Assembly: GCA_021789555.1 (NCBI GenBank)
Contig: JAJYJK010000001.1
Span: forward strand, 76,581 to 140,580
Source of the DNA: Nitrospirota bacterium
Lineage (GTDB): Bacteria > Nitrospirota > Thermodesulfovibrionia > Thermodesulfovibrionales > JdFR-88
Reading direction: 5' to 3'
Length of the DNA: 64,000 nucleotides
Translations under genes and position numbers: made by a program
The notes under the pieces: generated by a model
What the model saw: only the letters and a program-made list of their open reading frames with translations
Told to the model about the DNA's origin: nothing
Database searches by the model: none
Shown here: in pieces, positions 26,524-36,098 of the stretch
Position numbering within the stretch: position 1 is the first letter of the stretch
How the letters are laid out: each line of letters opens with the position of its first letter

Positions 26524-29500
26524 TTATGAGACTGCCTCGCCGCCTGCACCACTCGCTACAGCCTGAAAAGAGGCTTTTTCAGCCTGCATGCTTCTCAACA
26601 TATCGGCCAATTCCATTCCGATTTTCTCCAGGGAGTAATGTCTTGCGATAAATTCCCTTGAATTGATAGCTATCCGACGCCAAAGGCCGTCATCGGAATA
26701 CAAGCCCACCACACATTCGGCGAAGCCATCCGCGGAGTCCGCAATCAAGGCGGTTTCACCGGAAATGAGGCCTATTCCTTCAGCTCCAATTGAAGTAGTG
26801 ACTACAGGGACCCCATGCGCCATCGCCTCGCCTATCTTCCCTTTCATGCCGGCGCCGTATCGCAGCGGTGCAATGGAAATTCTTGCCCTTTTCAGATAAG
26901 GTCCCGTTTCCGGCACGTACCCGGCGACGATGATATCCTTGTTTTGAAGGGATGCAATTTCTTTGGGAGGAAGTGGTCCGACAATCGTAAACGTCATGTC
27001 CGGTATCTTCGCCTTGATTTTGGGGAAAATCTCGCCCAGGAAATATTTAACCGCGTCTACATTGGGCAGGTGATTGAAATTCCCGACAAAAATCAACCCG
27101 GAGCGTCCGTCCGATTCTATCGGGCCTTCATCTACGCAATGGATATTGGGAATTACAAAGTGTCTTGCGCCGGGGAGATAATCTCTTATGTGGTCCCAAT
27201 CCCTGTCCGTTATGGTTATGATGGCGTCGGCTTTGCCATAAATATATAATTCATCTTTTTTTGTCGCCTCTGCCTTCTTCAGCAATGCCTTATCGCTGTT
27301 CAATTCGGCCATTCTCTGTTCCCGGACGAAATGGATGTCGACAGTGTCTATCAGGATCTTGGTGCCAGGGGAGCAAGCCCTTATTTCGGGCAGATACTGA
27401 AGCGCGACATCATAGAAAGATAGAAATGCCGTCTCATAAAACCTGTCGGACAAGATCCTTTTTAAATCAATCGACTCGATGCCGGAAATCCCTGATCGGT
27501 CCAATTTTTGCGGGTCCGTGGCATAAACTTCAACTCCCAGCCGTTGCAAGACCCTGATGTAACGCTCCTGATCTCTGCCTTCACGTGCAATATATGTAAT
27601 GTGATAATTCTGTTTTTTCAAAAGACGGATAATCGAAAGAAGCCTCAACGAACCGGACGCCCTGTCAAACCAGGGCAAATATTTATCGATTATTAAAATA
27701 TTCCCCTCGATCTGACGTTCGCTGCCCGGAATCACATTACCGCTGCCGGCAGGATACTGATTTTTCAGCGCGCCGGACCATTTTATGACGAATTTCTCTT
27801 TATTTATGTCTTGAAATTTTTTCATCCCCGCGGACAAGTCCGTTCCACTCGTGGCCCCCTCGTGATGTATTACAAGCGAGAGCGGACAATAGACCACCTT
27901 ATAACCGGCAGACCGCGCGCCGAAACACAAATCGGTATCTTCATAATACCCGGGGGAGTATCGTTCATCAAAATAATTCAACTGCTGCAAAAGGGACCTG
28001 CGAATTAACAGACAGGCCCCGGAGACATAATCAATCTCTTTCACATAATTATAAATCGGCCTGGAGGGATCATCGCCCCTGCCGAAATTCCAGCCGCTCC
28101 CATCATTGAAAATGATGCCCCCGGCTTCCTGTAACCGTCCGTCAGGATACGTGAATTTTGGCCCGGCAATACCTGCTTCAGCGTCGGATTCAATTGTCTC
28201 CACAAGATATTCCAACCACTTTGGCTGCGGCTCCGTATCGTTGTTGAGGAAAACGATATATTTCCCGCCGGCCGCGGCGGCCCCTTGGTTGCATGCCTTC
28301 GTGAAGCCCAGGTTTGCATCATTGGAAATTACATTTACACGCATCTTTTCATTCAGGCCCTTCAGATAATCCTTTGTCCCATCCGTGGAGGCATTGTCGA
28401 TTATGATAATTTCGCAAAGGTCGCAGGGCGTGTTTCTCCTGATTGCCTCGATGCATTTTCTTGTATATTCGACCTTATTAAAAACGGGTATGATAATCGA
28501 GACCACTGGAATTTCCCTCTTTTGGCCTTGTTTGGCCGGTTCCGCTTCAAGCGCCCTTCCAAATAGTGACTCGGCCCTGGCCCCCTGCCCCTTGTCCAAA
28601 CGGAGGCCACCCAGGGCCAAAAGGGCGTCCGCATCGCGCGGCGATACACTCAATATCTCCTCATACGTCTGCATCGCCTCTTTTTCGCGCCCCGACGCCT
28701 GAAGGAGGCGGGCGAGGTTTTTCCTTGCCGCAATGTTTCCCCCGTCTGCGGCCGCCGCATGGCGCAGGCAGAAAAGGGCTTTCAATTTATCGCCCAGGAG
28801 TGCATAATTCATGCCGGTAAGGTCCAACACCCAGGAGTTCCTGGATGAGTTGCCGGACAGGATTTTCGCATGGTCCCGTTTCGCGCTCTCCGGGCCGCTT
28901 GCAAATTTCAGGGCGCGCCCGTTGTGGAAATTCCGCGCCATCGCCTTAATAGTAAGCCTCAGCGACTGGTCCAGGTATCTTCCGGCCGCCTTCGCGTCCG
29001 ACCCTTTAAGCGCCGAGCCCAGGAACAGACAGGCTGCCGCCTCGTCCTCAACGTACTTGCCTTCCGGTGGCGCCTGGCGGACTGCTCCTTCGGCGCCGGT
29101 CGGCAATGCCGCCCTTATTGCATCGAGTGTCGCCTCGAGCCAGGCGCGCCCGAATTTCAGGTCCGGCTCGAGATGATTGCCCTCGCCCCACTCGTTCCAG
29201 GCGTTTATGAATACGATATCATCGTCCAGGTTGCGTTCTTCCAGTGTGTCTATCTCGTGGCCAAGCCACTTGCCGTAAAGCGAAGGCGTGGCCCCCAGAA
29301 AAATAAAGGCATCCGTCGATTTGCGCGCCGTGTTGTCCCATGACGGAGTTACGCAGGGGAACCTCTTGAAAGGAGGTATCTCCTTCCTGCAGACCAGCTC
29401 TACCGCATCCCGGTAGGAGCTGACCCAGTTGCCGTCAGTCAGCAGATTTGCAACCGGCCTCAGGCCGGTCCAGTCCGGCTGAAATTCCACCGAGGCGTCA

Positions 29501-30195
29501 AAGCCGAGGGTTTCAGGGCGTGAAAGTTCGCCCCCGAAGGCCTCCACCCTGCAGAGGTAGAGGCCGGGCAGCCCGAGCCTCTGCGCTTCTTTTCTCCAGA
29601 GAGAAGTCGTCCCAAGCGGATCGGGAAGGTCGCTCACCCTGTAGACGAGCAGAAGCGGTTTCCCATTCACCCTTATGTATCTGTCGTCGCCAAAGACGCC
29701 GCAGAGCCACCGTATATGATTAAGGTCGTCCTCCTTGCTGTAATGCTGGTCAATGAGCACCTCGCTTGAGCGCCCGTCCCAGTTCCTCGTCCATTTCTCA
29801 TTGGCCCAGCAGAGGCAGAAGGGGAAATCGGGTTTGCCTGAGGCGAGCACCTCCTGCAAGGGACGCCCAAGCGGTCTCTTCCCGTTAAACCAGTAATGGT
29901 AATAGCAGAAACCGTAAACGCCGTACTGCCTGGCAAGCTCCGCCTGGGCCTCCCTGGTCTCGGCCAGGCGAAGGTCGTAAAATCCCAGGTCGGCGGGTAT
30001 ATGCGGCTGATAATGTCCGGGGAAAAGGGCTTTCGCCTTTGTAACATTCGTCCATTCGGTGAAACCCTTCCCCCAGGCGCTGTCGTTTTCCGGTATGGGA
30101 TGATACTGCGGAAGATAAAAAGCTATCAGTTTGGGATGACGCCTTTGCTTGTCCATGCCTGTCCTTTCAGCTGCGGATTCGCCCGTCTTTTTCAT
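26524..30195 (-). CDS. Multi-domain glycosyltransferase (1223 aa): WbsX/GH99-like - TPR - GT2 - GT-B (GT4-like)
   Basis: aa ~20-370 FYLPQYHPIPENDSAWGKGFTEWTNV...CWANEKWTRNWDG (WbsX-like). TPR-like helices ~aa 470-545. GT2 from aa ~563 (VVSIIIPVFNK...IIIDNASTDGT...DTDLC). C-terminal GT-B (GAGMKGKIGEAMAHGVPVVTTSIGAEGI). Confidence 0.8.
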   Translation of the reverse strand: MKKTGESAAERTGMDKQRRHPKLIAFYLPQYHPIPENDSAWGKGFTEWTNVTKAKALFPGHYQPHIPADLGFYDLRLAETREAQAELARQYGVYGFCYYHYWFNGKRPLGRPLQEVLASGKPDFPFCLCWANEKWTRNWDGRSSEVLIDQHYSKEDDLNHIRWLCGVFGDDRYIRVNGKPLLLVYRVSDLPDPLGTTSLWRKEAQRLGLPGLYLCRVEAFGGELSRPETLGFDASVEFQPDWTGLRPVANLLTDGNWVSSYRDAVELVCRKEIPPFKRFPCVTPSWDNTARKSTDAFIFLGATPSLYGKWLGHEIDTLEERNLDDDIVFINAWNEWGEGNHLEPDLKFGRAWLEATLDAIRAALPTGAEGAVRQAPPEGKYVEDEAAACLFLGSALKGSDAKAAGRYLDQSLRLTIKAMARNFHNGRALKFASGPESAKRDHAKILSGNSSRNSWVLDLTGMNYALLGDKLKALFCLRHAAAADGGNIAARKNLARLLQASGREKEAMQTYEEILSVSPRDADALLALGGLRLDKGQGARAESLFGRALEAEPAKQGQKREIPVVSIIIPVFNKVEYTRKCIEAIRRNTPCDLCEIIIIDNASTDGTKDYLKGLNEKMRVNVISNDANLGFTKACNQGAAAAGGKYIVFLNNDTEPQPKWLEYLVETIESDAEAGIAGPKFTYPDGRLQEAGGIIFNDGSGWNFGRGDDPSRPIYNYVKEIDYVSGACLLIRRSLLQQLNYFDERYSPGYYEDTDLCFGARSAGYKVVYCPLSLVIHHEGATSGTDLSAGMKKFQDINKEKFVIKWSGALKNQYPAGSGNVIPGSERQIEGNILIIDKYLPWFDRASGSLRLLSIIRLLKKQNYHITYIAREGRDQERYIRVLQRLGVEVYATDPQKLDRSGISGIESIDLKRILSDRFYETAFLSFYDVALQYLPEIRACSPGTKILIDTVDIHFVREQRMAELNSDKALLKKAEATKKDELYIYGKADAIITITDRDWDHIRDYLPGARHFVIPNIHCVDEGPIESDGRSGLIFVGNFNHLPNVDAVKYFLGEIFPKIKAKIPDMTFTIVGPLPPKEIASLQNKDIIVAGYVPETGPYLKRARISIAPLRYGAGMKGKIGEAMAHGVPVVTTSIGAEGIGLISGETALIADSADGFAECVVGLYSDDGLWRRIAINSREFIARHYSLEKIGMELADMLRSMQAEKASFQAVASGAGGEAVS

Positions 30196-30244
30196 ACGGC
30201 CCGCCTTTTTTCAAACAGCCTGCCTTTTTTTTAAACGGATTCCA

Positions 30245-33200
30245 TCAGACCTTCAAACAACTTTCATTTTTATTTTTATTTTCAAGCCGCTTCCTCACCG
30301 CCTCCAGCGCCCGACCGAGCGGGATTTCGGAGGCCGGCCCCTTTTCATTGAACAGGATTTCGGCCTTATCCCCTTCCGCGTAACAGCCGGTATAAGGCAT
30401 GTATCGCTCAAAGATGCGGTATCTGCCAAGCAGTATGACCCCCGGCGTCATAGTCGCGTTCGCCAGGTGGGCGGGCCCGCTGTCTACACCTGCGAAGAGG
30501 GCCGCCCGCCTGATGACCTCCGCCGTCTCAAGAAGCGATAATTTATTGCAGAGGTTTATGCCCGCGCCCTCCGGCAAAACGGGCCTTGCGCCGACTTCGA
30601 CAACCGGAATCCGTAATTCTTTTGCCATAAATGAGGAAAGCTGTGCCCATTTGGAGGCCGGCCAGTCCTTGGCCGCCTCGTTGGACTCGCAATGAAACAC
30701 GGCGTACCGTGCCGGAAGCGGCAATTGTCGTACCCGCCGGACTGCGGAATCCGTGATGTATACCCTGGGCTGCCTGTCCCCGACGGTAACGCCCGCGCCA
30801 AGTGAAAAGGCCTCAAGCAGGCTGCCGAAGGAAAAATAGTTTTCGACATTTATCTCGGTCCTGCCCCTTTTTTTCCTGAGCGGGACCCCGCAGACAGGGC
30901 ATATCCTGCCGTTTACATGAAGATCGAAGACCTCGTCGAAGATGCCGCTTTCGGCAATCAAAATCCACTCCGTAAGGCAGTCGACAACGAGCGTTTCATC
31001 GATGTTTGGATTGCTGTCGATCAATTCCCTGTAAGGTTCTCTTACCGCCCAGGTAATCCTGGCCTCGGGATATCTCTCTTTCAGGCTGCGCGATACGGGT
31101 TCACAGGCCACTATGTCGCCGAAATGCTCAGTAAGCCCGACAAGGACACTCTTTACAAAAGGAGAACCGGCGGTGTTCCCGGCGCTTCCGGCCGCCATGC
31201 CCGGCATCGGACTGCCGGCGGCTTCTGCATCATGGCCCAAATTCGGCTTGCTGCTTTTGCGCGCAAGGCCGGATCCCTTTTTGCGGCCTAAAACAATAAT
31301 CTCGTCCGGATTGAATCCACGGCACAGCTCGAACGCTTCCAGACCGGATGCCAGGAACAACCTTTTGATGCTGTCCCGTGTAAACAGAAAGAGATGCTCA
31401 TCGGGCTTGAACTGCATCCATTCCCTGCCCTCCCCGCTCCAACACGGGGTCTGGAATATGCATACGCCGTCGTCCTTGAGTCCGGCCGCGACCGCGGAAA
31501 GTCCTTCCACGGGAGAAGAGAAGTGCTCGATGACGTCAAATCCGCAAATAACGTCGAACTTGTCGTACGGCAAATTTACATCCGGAAACAGGCCGCCTAT
31601 GATGAAAGGCAGATTAAAGCGCTCGCGGGCGAAACTGCATGTCCGTTCGTCGACTTCCACGCCCACGACGTGCGCGGCCCCGCGCTCGCGGCAGTAATGC
31701 AGGAACCCGCCGTGGGCGCAACCGATTTCAAGCAGATGCTCCGGCCTGGGATTATATCTCGTGAGGATCTGATGCCAAAATGGAATTCGGTTCTTGAAGT
31801 CCATTTCCGCGCGCTCTTCTATCGGCGGGTAACCAAAATCCTTCGCTACATACTCGTGCCAGTAACCATCAAATGAATAGAACTCCCTCAGCCTTTCCTT
31901 TTCGGGAAATTCTTTTACCACATAAGTTCCGCATTCGACGCACCGCGAGTACGACGGATTCACTGCTTCCACGAGCCCGCCCCCGCACCAGCATTTCCGA
32001 CCGGGTAAAACTTCCGGGACTGACCCTTTTTCATTTGCGGGCATCTTGCCATCCCCTGATTTCGCAATCAGGAAAGAACATTCCGTCAGCATAACCTGAA
32101 CATCCGGGTTTAGTTTTTCTCCCCTGAGACCTTCGAGGACCCGGCGGGCGTAATCGGTCCTGCCGCTTTCAATCAGCTTTCTCGCGTAAACCGCCAGCGC
32201 GGCGGGCATATCCATGAACTGGCCGGCCCGTCTCGCAAGCTCCATGCCGCTTTCCTTCCTGCCGGCGCAAAGATGGGCCAGGGCCAGCGTGGAGAGGACC
32301 ATGGGGTGCGTGTTTTTGCTTTTTCCATTTTCAAGCAGTGCAATCGCGGCCCCGGCATCCCCTAGAAATACCTGGCAGCGGGCGTACAGATAGCTCGTCT
32401 CCAGGCAGTCAAGCGGCGACTTGAAGGCCTTCTCGATGACCTCTTTGGCCTCGCCGTAACGTGCCAGCGCGCACAGGGAGTCGGCGACCCCCAGGTGCGC
32501 CTCCAGGTGGCCGGGCCTGATGCGGGCGGCCTTCTTCCAGTTGTCAAGTGCGTCTTCAAACCTGCCCAGTTCCCCGGCCTGAACGGCCAGTTCCATGGCG
32601 GACTTGAAATCGTCCCCGCCTTTTTCAGAGAGTTTCGCCCTCCCCATTTCAAAATAGTCCCTGCCTTTTTCCTGCACCTTGTCCGCGAAGAGTTTCCCAT
32701 AATGGTGGATGGGTACGCCGCAGGGCGCGATTTTTATGCCCGCCTCCGCCAGGGAGTCCTCCACCACCTCGTGGACCGGGTTTTTGAAACGTATCCTCTC
32801 ATCGTTCGCAAAGAGCCTTACCTTAATGCTCGGCAGCCAGCCGGTGCCCGCCTGTTCCGGGTAAGCGCCGTCGTTGGCCCTCCAGCCCCAGATTGAGGGC
32901 GAGAGTATGTAATTTCTCGTAGTGAAGCTGTAGGCCGTCTTTTTCGTTTTCGCCCCGTCGATAAGCGCCCTGAGTTGCTTGCGGCTCGACGGGGATATGA
33001 CCTCGTCCGCGTCCATCACGAGTATCCAGTCGCCCGTGGCGCGGGATATGGAGAAATTCCTCGCCCCGGAGAAATTGAAATCCCCGGTCCACTCGAAATC
33101 GAAGACCTTTGCCCCGAGCGCCCTGGCAATTTCCTTCGTGCGGTCCCGGGAGCCCGTGTCCACGACTATCAGCTCGTCCGCAAGCGGCCTGAGATTCAGC

Positions 33201-35932
33201 AGCGCGCGCACGATGTTTTTTCCCTCGTTTTTCACTATCATGCAAATGGAAAGCGTCTCTCTATCTTTATTTTTGCCCGGACCGGACGCAAGTGTTCCCC
33301 CCGCCGGGCCGATAAGCTCCCTGATTTGAAGCGCTACGGAAAGCGCGGCGTCGTCAACCCCGAACGCCAAAAACGTCTCTTCAAGAACATTCAGCGCCTC
33401 CCCGAGCTGGTTGCACTTTAAGTGAAACTCCGCCAGGATGTGCCTTAAACGCCTTTTTAAAGGATAAAAGACGATGGCGTCCCTGACCGCCCTTATGCCC
33501 CTTTCAAATATGCCCTTATCGTCTTCAAGTGAAAGCTCCATGAGCGCGCCATAATAATTTGTGATTATGTCTTCCGTTGCCGGGGAAAGGGTGAAAGCCC
33601 TTTCAAAGAGCGCAAACGCCTCCTGTCTTTTGCCCTCCGCCCACCTTATCGCCCCGAGATTGGCATAGGCCTCTGCGTAACCGCTGTCGGCCTTTATGGC
33701 CTCTGCGAAAAACGACTCCGCGCCTTCGGGCATCCCCTTTTTGAATTGGATGACGCCCATCAGGTTTAGAGAGCTTGCCCGCCTATGGAGGTCAAGCGCC
33801 CTCCGGGCAAGCCTGTCCGCTTCTTCGACTTCCCCGAGGCCGTCCTTGCAGTATCCCCTTAACTCAAGCTCCATCGAATCCGGATTTGGCGGCGACTGGG
33901 CCGGGGACTGGCCCCCTGCGGGACTGGTCTCCCTGGGCATATTGGAGAGCAGCTCAAGGGCGTGCCTGAACCGGCCGTTATCGATGAGCATCCGGGCGAA
34001 CCGGTAATAGAGCCCCTTTACGAACGGCATATCACCAAGGGGGGAATTCTTGATGGTCTCGACAAATATCTTCACGGCCTTTTCCAGATCGCCCCTCTGG
34101 TCCGCCTCCACCGCGCCTTCAAAGAGTTTTAGCGCACGGAGTTTTTTTGCTTCGGGGCCAAGGGGGTCGATGGCCCGCCATTTTTCCTCGAAGGCCATTT
34201 TATCGGCCGCGTCATCTTCGGGCGTTTTCGATTTCGTCGTAGCCGGCCCTTCCCTGTAGAGAAGCGTATCGGCCGCCACGAAACACTTCGAGCCGTCGAG
34301 CACGGCGCGCTGCATGAGGTCCAGTATGGCAAAAGGCCGTGAACTGAAGACCTCGTCAAAAAAGCCCGTCTTTTCAAATAACGCGCGGGACAACAGAATG
34401 CAAAAATCATCGAGCCTCGGCACGGGAAAACGGCAGTGCATGTTTTTTTCCCTGAAGGCGCGCGCGTACTGCTGCCAGGAGGCGGTCCCGGTCTTTCCAT
34501 TGCCGCCTTCAGTGGTCTCCGGGATGGAGGGCAAGATGGCCTTTTGGGGTCCTTCCGCCCGGTTTGATATTGGACCAATTATAGGGGGTCCAACTATGGG
34601 GGGGCCGATTATAGGGGGCCCCGTTGTCGCGGAGCCGGCAAGGTCTCCGCCGGGTGCGGATTTCTCAACATTTTTCATGCATCCGAGCATCCCGGAGAGC
34701 CATCCTTCGCTTACTTCCACGCCGCCGGCCAGAAGGACTATATACTGGCCGGATGCCGCCCTGATTCCTTCATTGCAGAGGGCGGCAAAACAGGGGCCGG
34801 AGGTCTCAATAAACTTGTATCCCGGGTAGTCGGCCGCATGCTTTTTAAGCCATTTCGCGGCGCCATCCGCATAGTCGAAGCCGGTTAAAATTGTCTCATG
34901 GGGCTCGGGAGTATATTTGTCCAGGAGCCGGAGGCATCTCTGGATTTCCTTGAGCCGGTTTTCCTGTTTATTTCCGGGGGCCGCAAGCACAATCGAGACC
35001 ATACTGCCGCCCCGGGCATTCATGCGCGCCTGAGGGGACTGGTCCCCCCGGGCCCAGAAGGAGCCTGCCCAGGACAGTCCGGCGCTGAGATACCCGGCCT
35101 CGTCCTTTTTTGAGAATATATCGAATGCGGACTTTTCAAGCGCCGCCCTTTTTTCATCGTCTTCCACCAGTTTCCTGCACTCCGCTGCGATATTCCCATA
35201 GGGGACCGCGGCCAAGGCGTCACGGAGCCAGGGCGAAATCTCGGTCTTCTCATCACATTCGGCGACTACGGCCTTCCGGTTGGCAAGCAGATACGACACC
35301 CTGACCAGCTCGAAGATGCTCGATTCATAGAAATGGAGGTTTAGCACCACCTTCGCCCTGGCAATATAGGCATCGCGCGCGGCGCCATATACGTCAAACA
35401 GCGACTCCACGCTGAGACCTTCCAGGCTGAGGGCCTCCAGTATCTTTTTTCGCCGCTCGTTTACGGAGCCGTAGAACAGGACGTCGATGTCCTGCCGGGC
35501 GGCTGGACTGATGCGCGCCATCTCCGGCCTGAAACCTATCGGCACATGCAATACGGCGTCTCCATATCCCATCGCCCCGAGGGCCTCAATATTTCGCAGG
35601 CTGTAGTCCCAGACGGGAAAACGGCCGAGCAACGGCTTTATCCGCCCCCACATGGAAGACGGGCCGGCCTGCTCCAGGTTGTATATCACGGTTTTTTCCG
35701 GCAGCCGGGCCGCCTGCTCCGCAGAAAGCAGATGCGCCCCGAAGACAATATTCAGCGGACCAGTCCGCCCATCCTGAATAAAATTGTTCGTCCCAATTGC
35801 CGCCTCGTACCCGAGCGCCTGCAGTCCGTAAAAAACGGTCTCCGCCACCTCCTGGAAGGCCGCGCTGTGCGGATAACCTGGCGGCTGAACAATCGTAACG
35901 GCTGCCTTGCCCTTGACTGAATCTTTTCTCAA
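30245..35932 (-). CDS. Giant multi-domain glycan-assembly protein (1895 aa): CgeB-like GT - GT2 - TPR - GT2 - TPR - Zn-ribbon/SAM methyltransferase - GT9 (heptosyltransferase-like)
   Basis: TTG 35932 follows GGGAGGAG. GT2a starts ~aa 310 (MVSIVLAAPG). GT2b starts ~aa 893 (LSICMIVKNEGKN...VVDTGSRDRT...LVMDADE). The MTase sits at ~aa 1397 (LLEIGCAHGGF) after CWCGG...CVECG. GT9 starts ~aa 1594 (VLVGLTEHFGDIVACEP...GVDSGPAHLANA). TPR-like helical repeats lie between the catalytic domains. Confidence 0.75.
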   Translation of the reverse strand: MRKDSVKGKAAVTIVQPPGYPHSAAFQEVAETVFYGLQALGYEAAIGTNNFIQDGRTGPLNIVFGAHLLSAEQAARLPEKTVIYNLEQAGPSSMWGRIKPLLGRFPVWDYSLRNIEALGAMGYGDAVLHVPIGFRPEMARISPAARQDIDVLFYGSVNERRKKILEALSLEGLSVESLFDVYGAARDAYIARAKVVLNLHFYESSIFELVRVSYLLANRKAVVAECDEKTEISPWLRDALAAVPYGNIAAECRKLVEDDEKRAALEKSAFDIFSKKDEAGYLSAGLSWAGSFWARGDQSPQARMNARGGSMVSIVLAAPGNKQENRLKEIQRCLRLLDKYTPEPHETILTGFDYADGAAKWLKKHAADYPGYKFIETSGPCFAALCNEGIRAASGQYIVLLAGGVEVSEGWLSGMLGCMKNVEKSAPGGDLAGSATTGPPIIGPPIVGPPIIGPISNRAEGPQKAILPSIPETTEGGNGKTGTASWQQYARAFREKNMHCRFPVPRLDDFCILLSRALFEKTGFFDEVFSSRPFAILDLMQRAVLDGSKCFVAADTLLYREGPATTKSKTPEDDAADKMAFEEKWRAIDPLGPEAKKLRALKLFEGAVEADQRGDLEKAVKIFVETIKNSPLGDMPFVKGLYYRFARMLIDNGRFRHALELLSNMPRETSPAGGQSPAQSPPNPDSMELELRGYCKDGLGEVEEADRLARRALDLHRRASSLNLMGVIQFKKGMPEGAESFFAEAIKADSGYAEAYANLGAIRWAEGKRQEAFALFERAFTLSPATEDIITNYYGALMELSLEDDKGIFERGIRAVRDAIVFYPLKRRLRHILAEFHLKCNQLGEALNVLEETFLAFGVDDAALSVALQIRELIGPAGGTLASGPGKNKDRETLSICMIVKNEGKNIVRALLNLRPLADELIVVDTGSRDRTKEIARALGAKVFDFEWTGDFNFSGARNFSISRATGDWILVMDADEVISPSSRKQLRALIDGAKTKKTAYSFTTRNYILSPSIWGWRANDGAYPEQAGTGWLPSIKVRLFANDERIRFKNPVHEVVEDSLAEAGIKIAPCGVPIHHYGKLFADKVQEKGRDYFEMGRAKLSEKGGDDFKSAMELAVQAGELGRFEDALDNWKKAARIRPGHLEAHLGVADSLCALARYGEAKEVIEKAFKSPLDCLETSYLYARCQVFLGDAGAAIALLENGKSKNTHPMVLSTLALAHLCAGRKESGMELARRAGQFMDMPAALAVYARKLIESGRTDYARRVLEGLRGEKLNPDVQVMLTECSFLIAKSGDGKMPANEKGSVPEVLPGRKCWCGGGLVEAVNPSYSRCVECGTYVVKEFPEKERLREFYSFDGYWHEYVAKDFGYPPIEERAEMDFKNRIPFWHQILTRYNPRPEHLLEIGCAHGGFLHYCRERGAAHVVGVEVDERTCSFARERFNLPFIIGGLFPDVNLPYDKFDVICGFDVIEHFSSPVEGLSAVAAGLKDDGVCIFQTPCWSGEGREWMQFKPDEHLFLFTRDSIKRLFLASGLEAFELCRGFNPDEIIVLGRKKGSGLARKSSKPNLGHDAEAAGSPMPGMAAGSAGNTAGSPFVKSVLVGLTEHFGDIVACEPVSRSLKERYPEARITWAVREPYRELIDSNPNIDETLVVDCLTEWILIAESGIFDEVFDLHVNGRICPVCGVPLRKKRGRTEINVENYFSFGSLLEAFSLGAGVTVGDRQPRVYITDSAVRRVRQLPLPARYAVFHCESNEAAKDWPASKWAQLSSFMAKELRIPVVEVGARPVLPEGAGINLCNKLSLLETAEVIRRAALFAGVDSGPAHLANATMTPGVILLGRYRIFERYMPYTGCYAEGDKAEILFNEKGPASEIPLGRALEAVRKRLENKNKNESCLKV

Positions 35933-36006
35933 GATTTTTCTCCTCCCGGTTCAAACCGCCTCGGATGCCAAATATCCGCCAAACACCTCAATTGGCCTTG
36001 AAAAAA

Positions 36007-36021
36007 GCAATTATTATGCCA
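36007..36021 (-). promoter_or_regulatory. Sigma-54 promoter upstream of the 1895-aa gene
   Basis: Minus strand reads TTGGCAT-AATAA-TTGCT (TGGCAT-N5-TTGC), ~63 nt upstream of the TTG start. Confidence 0.65.
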
Positions 36022-36098
36022 ATAGGAAGGACTTTGATTTTTAAGGATTTTTTATTTTCAGTCAGAAATTTGACAGAAGGATTACTAAACTGCTCAGG

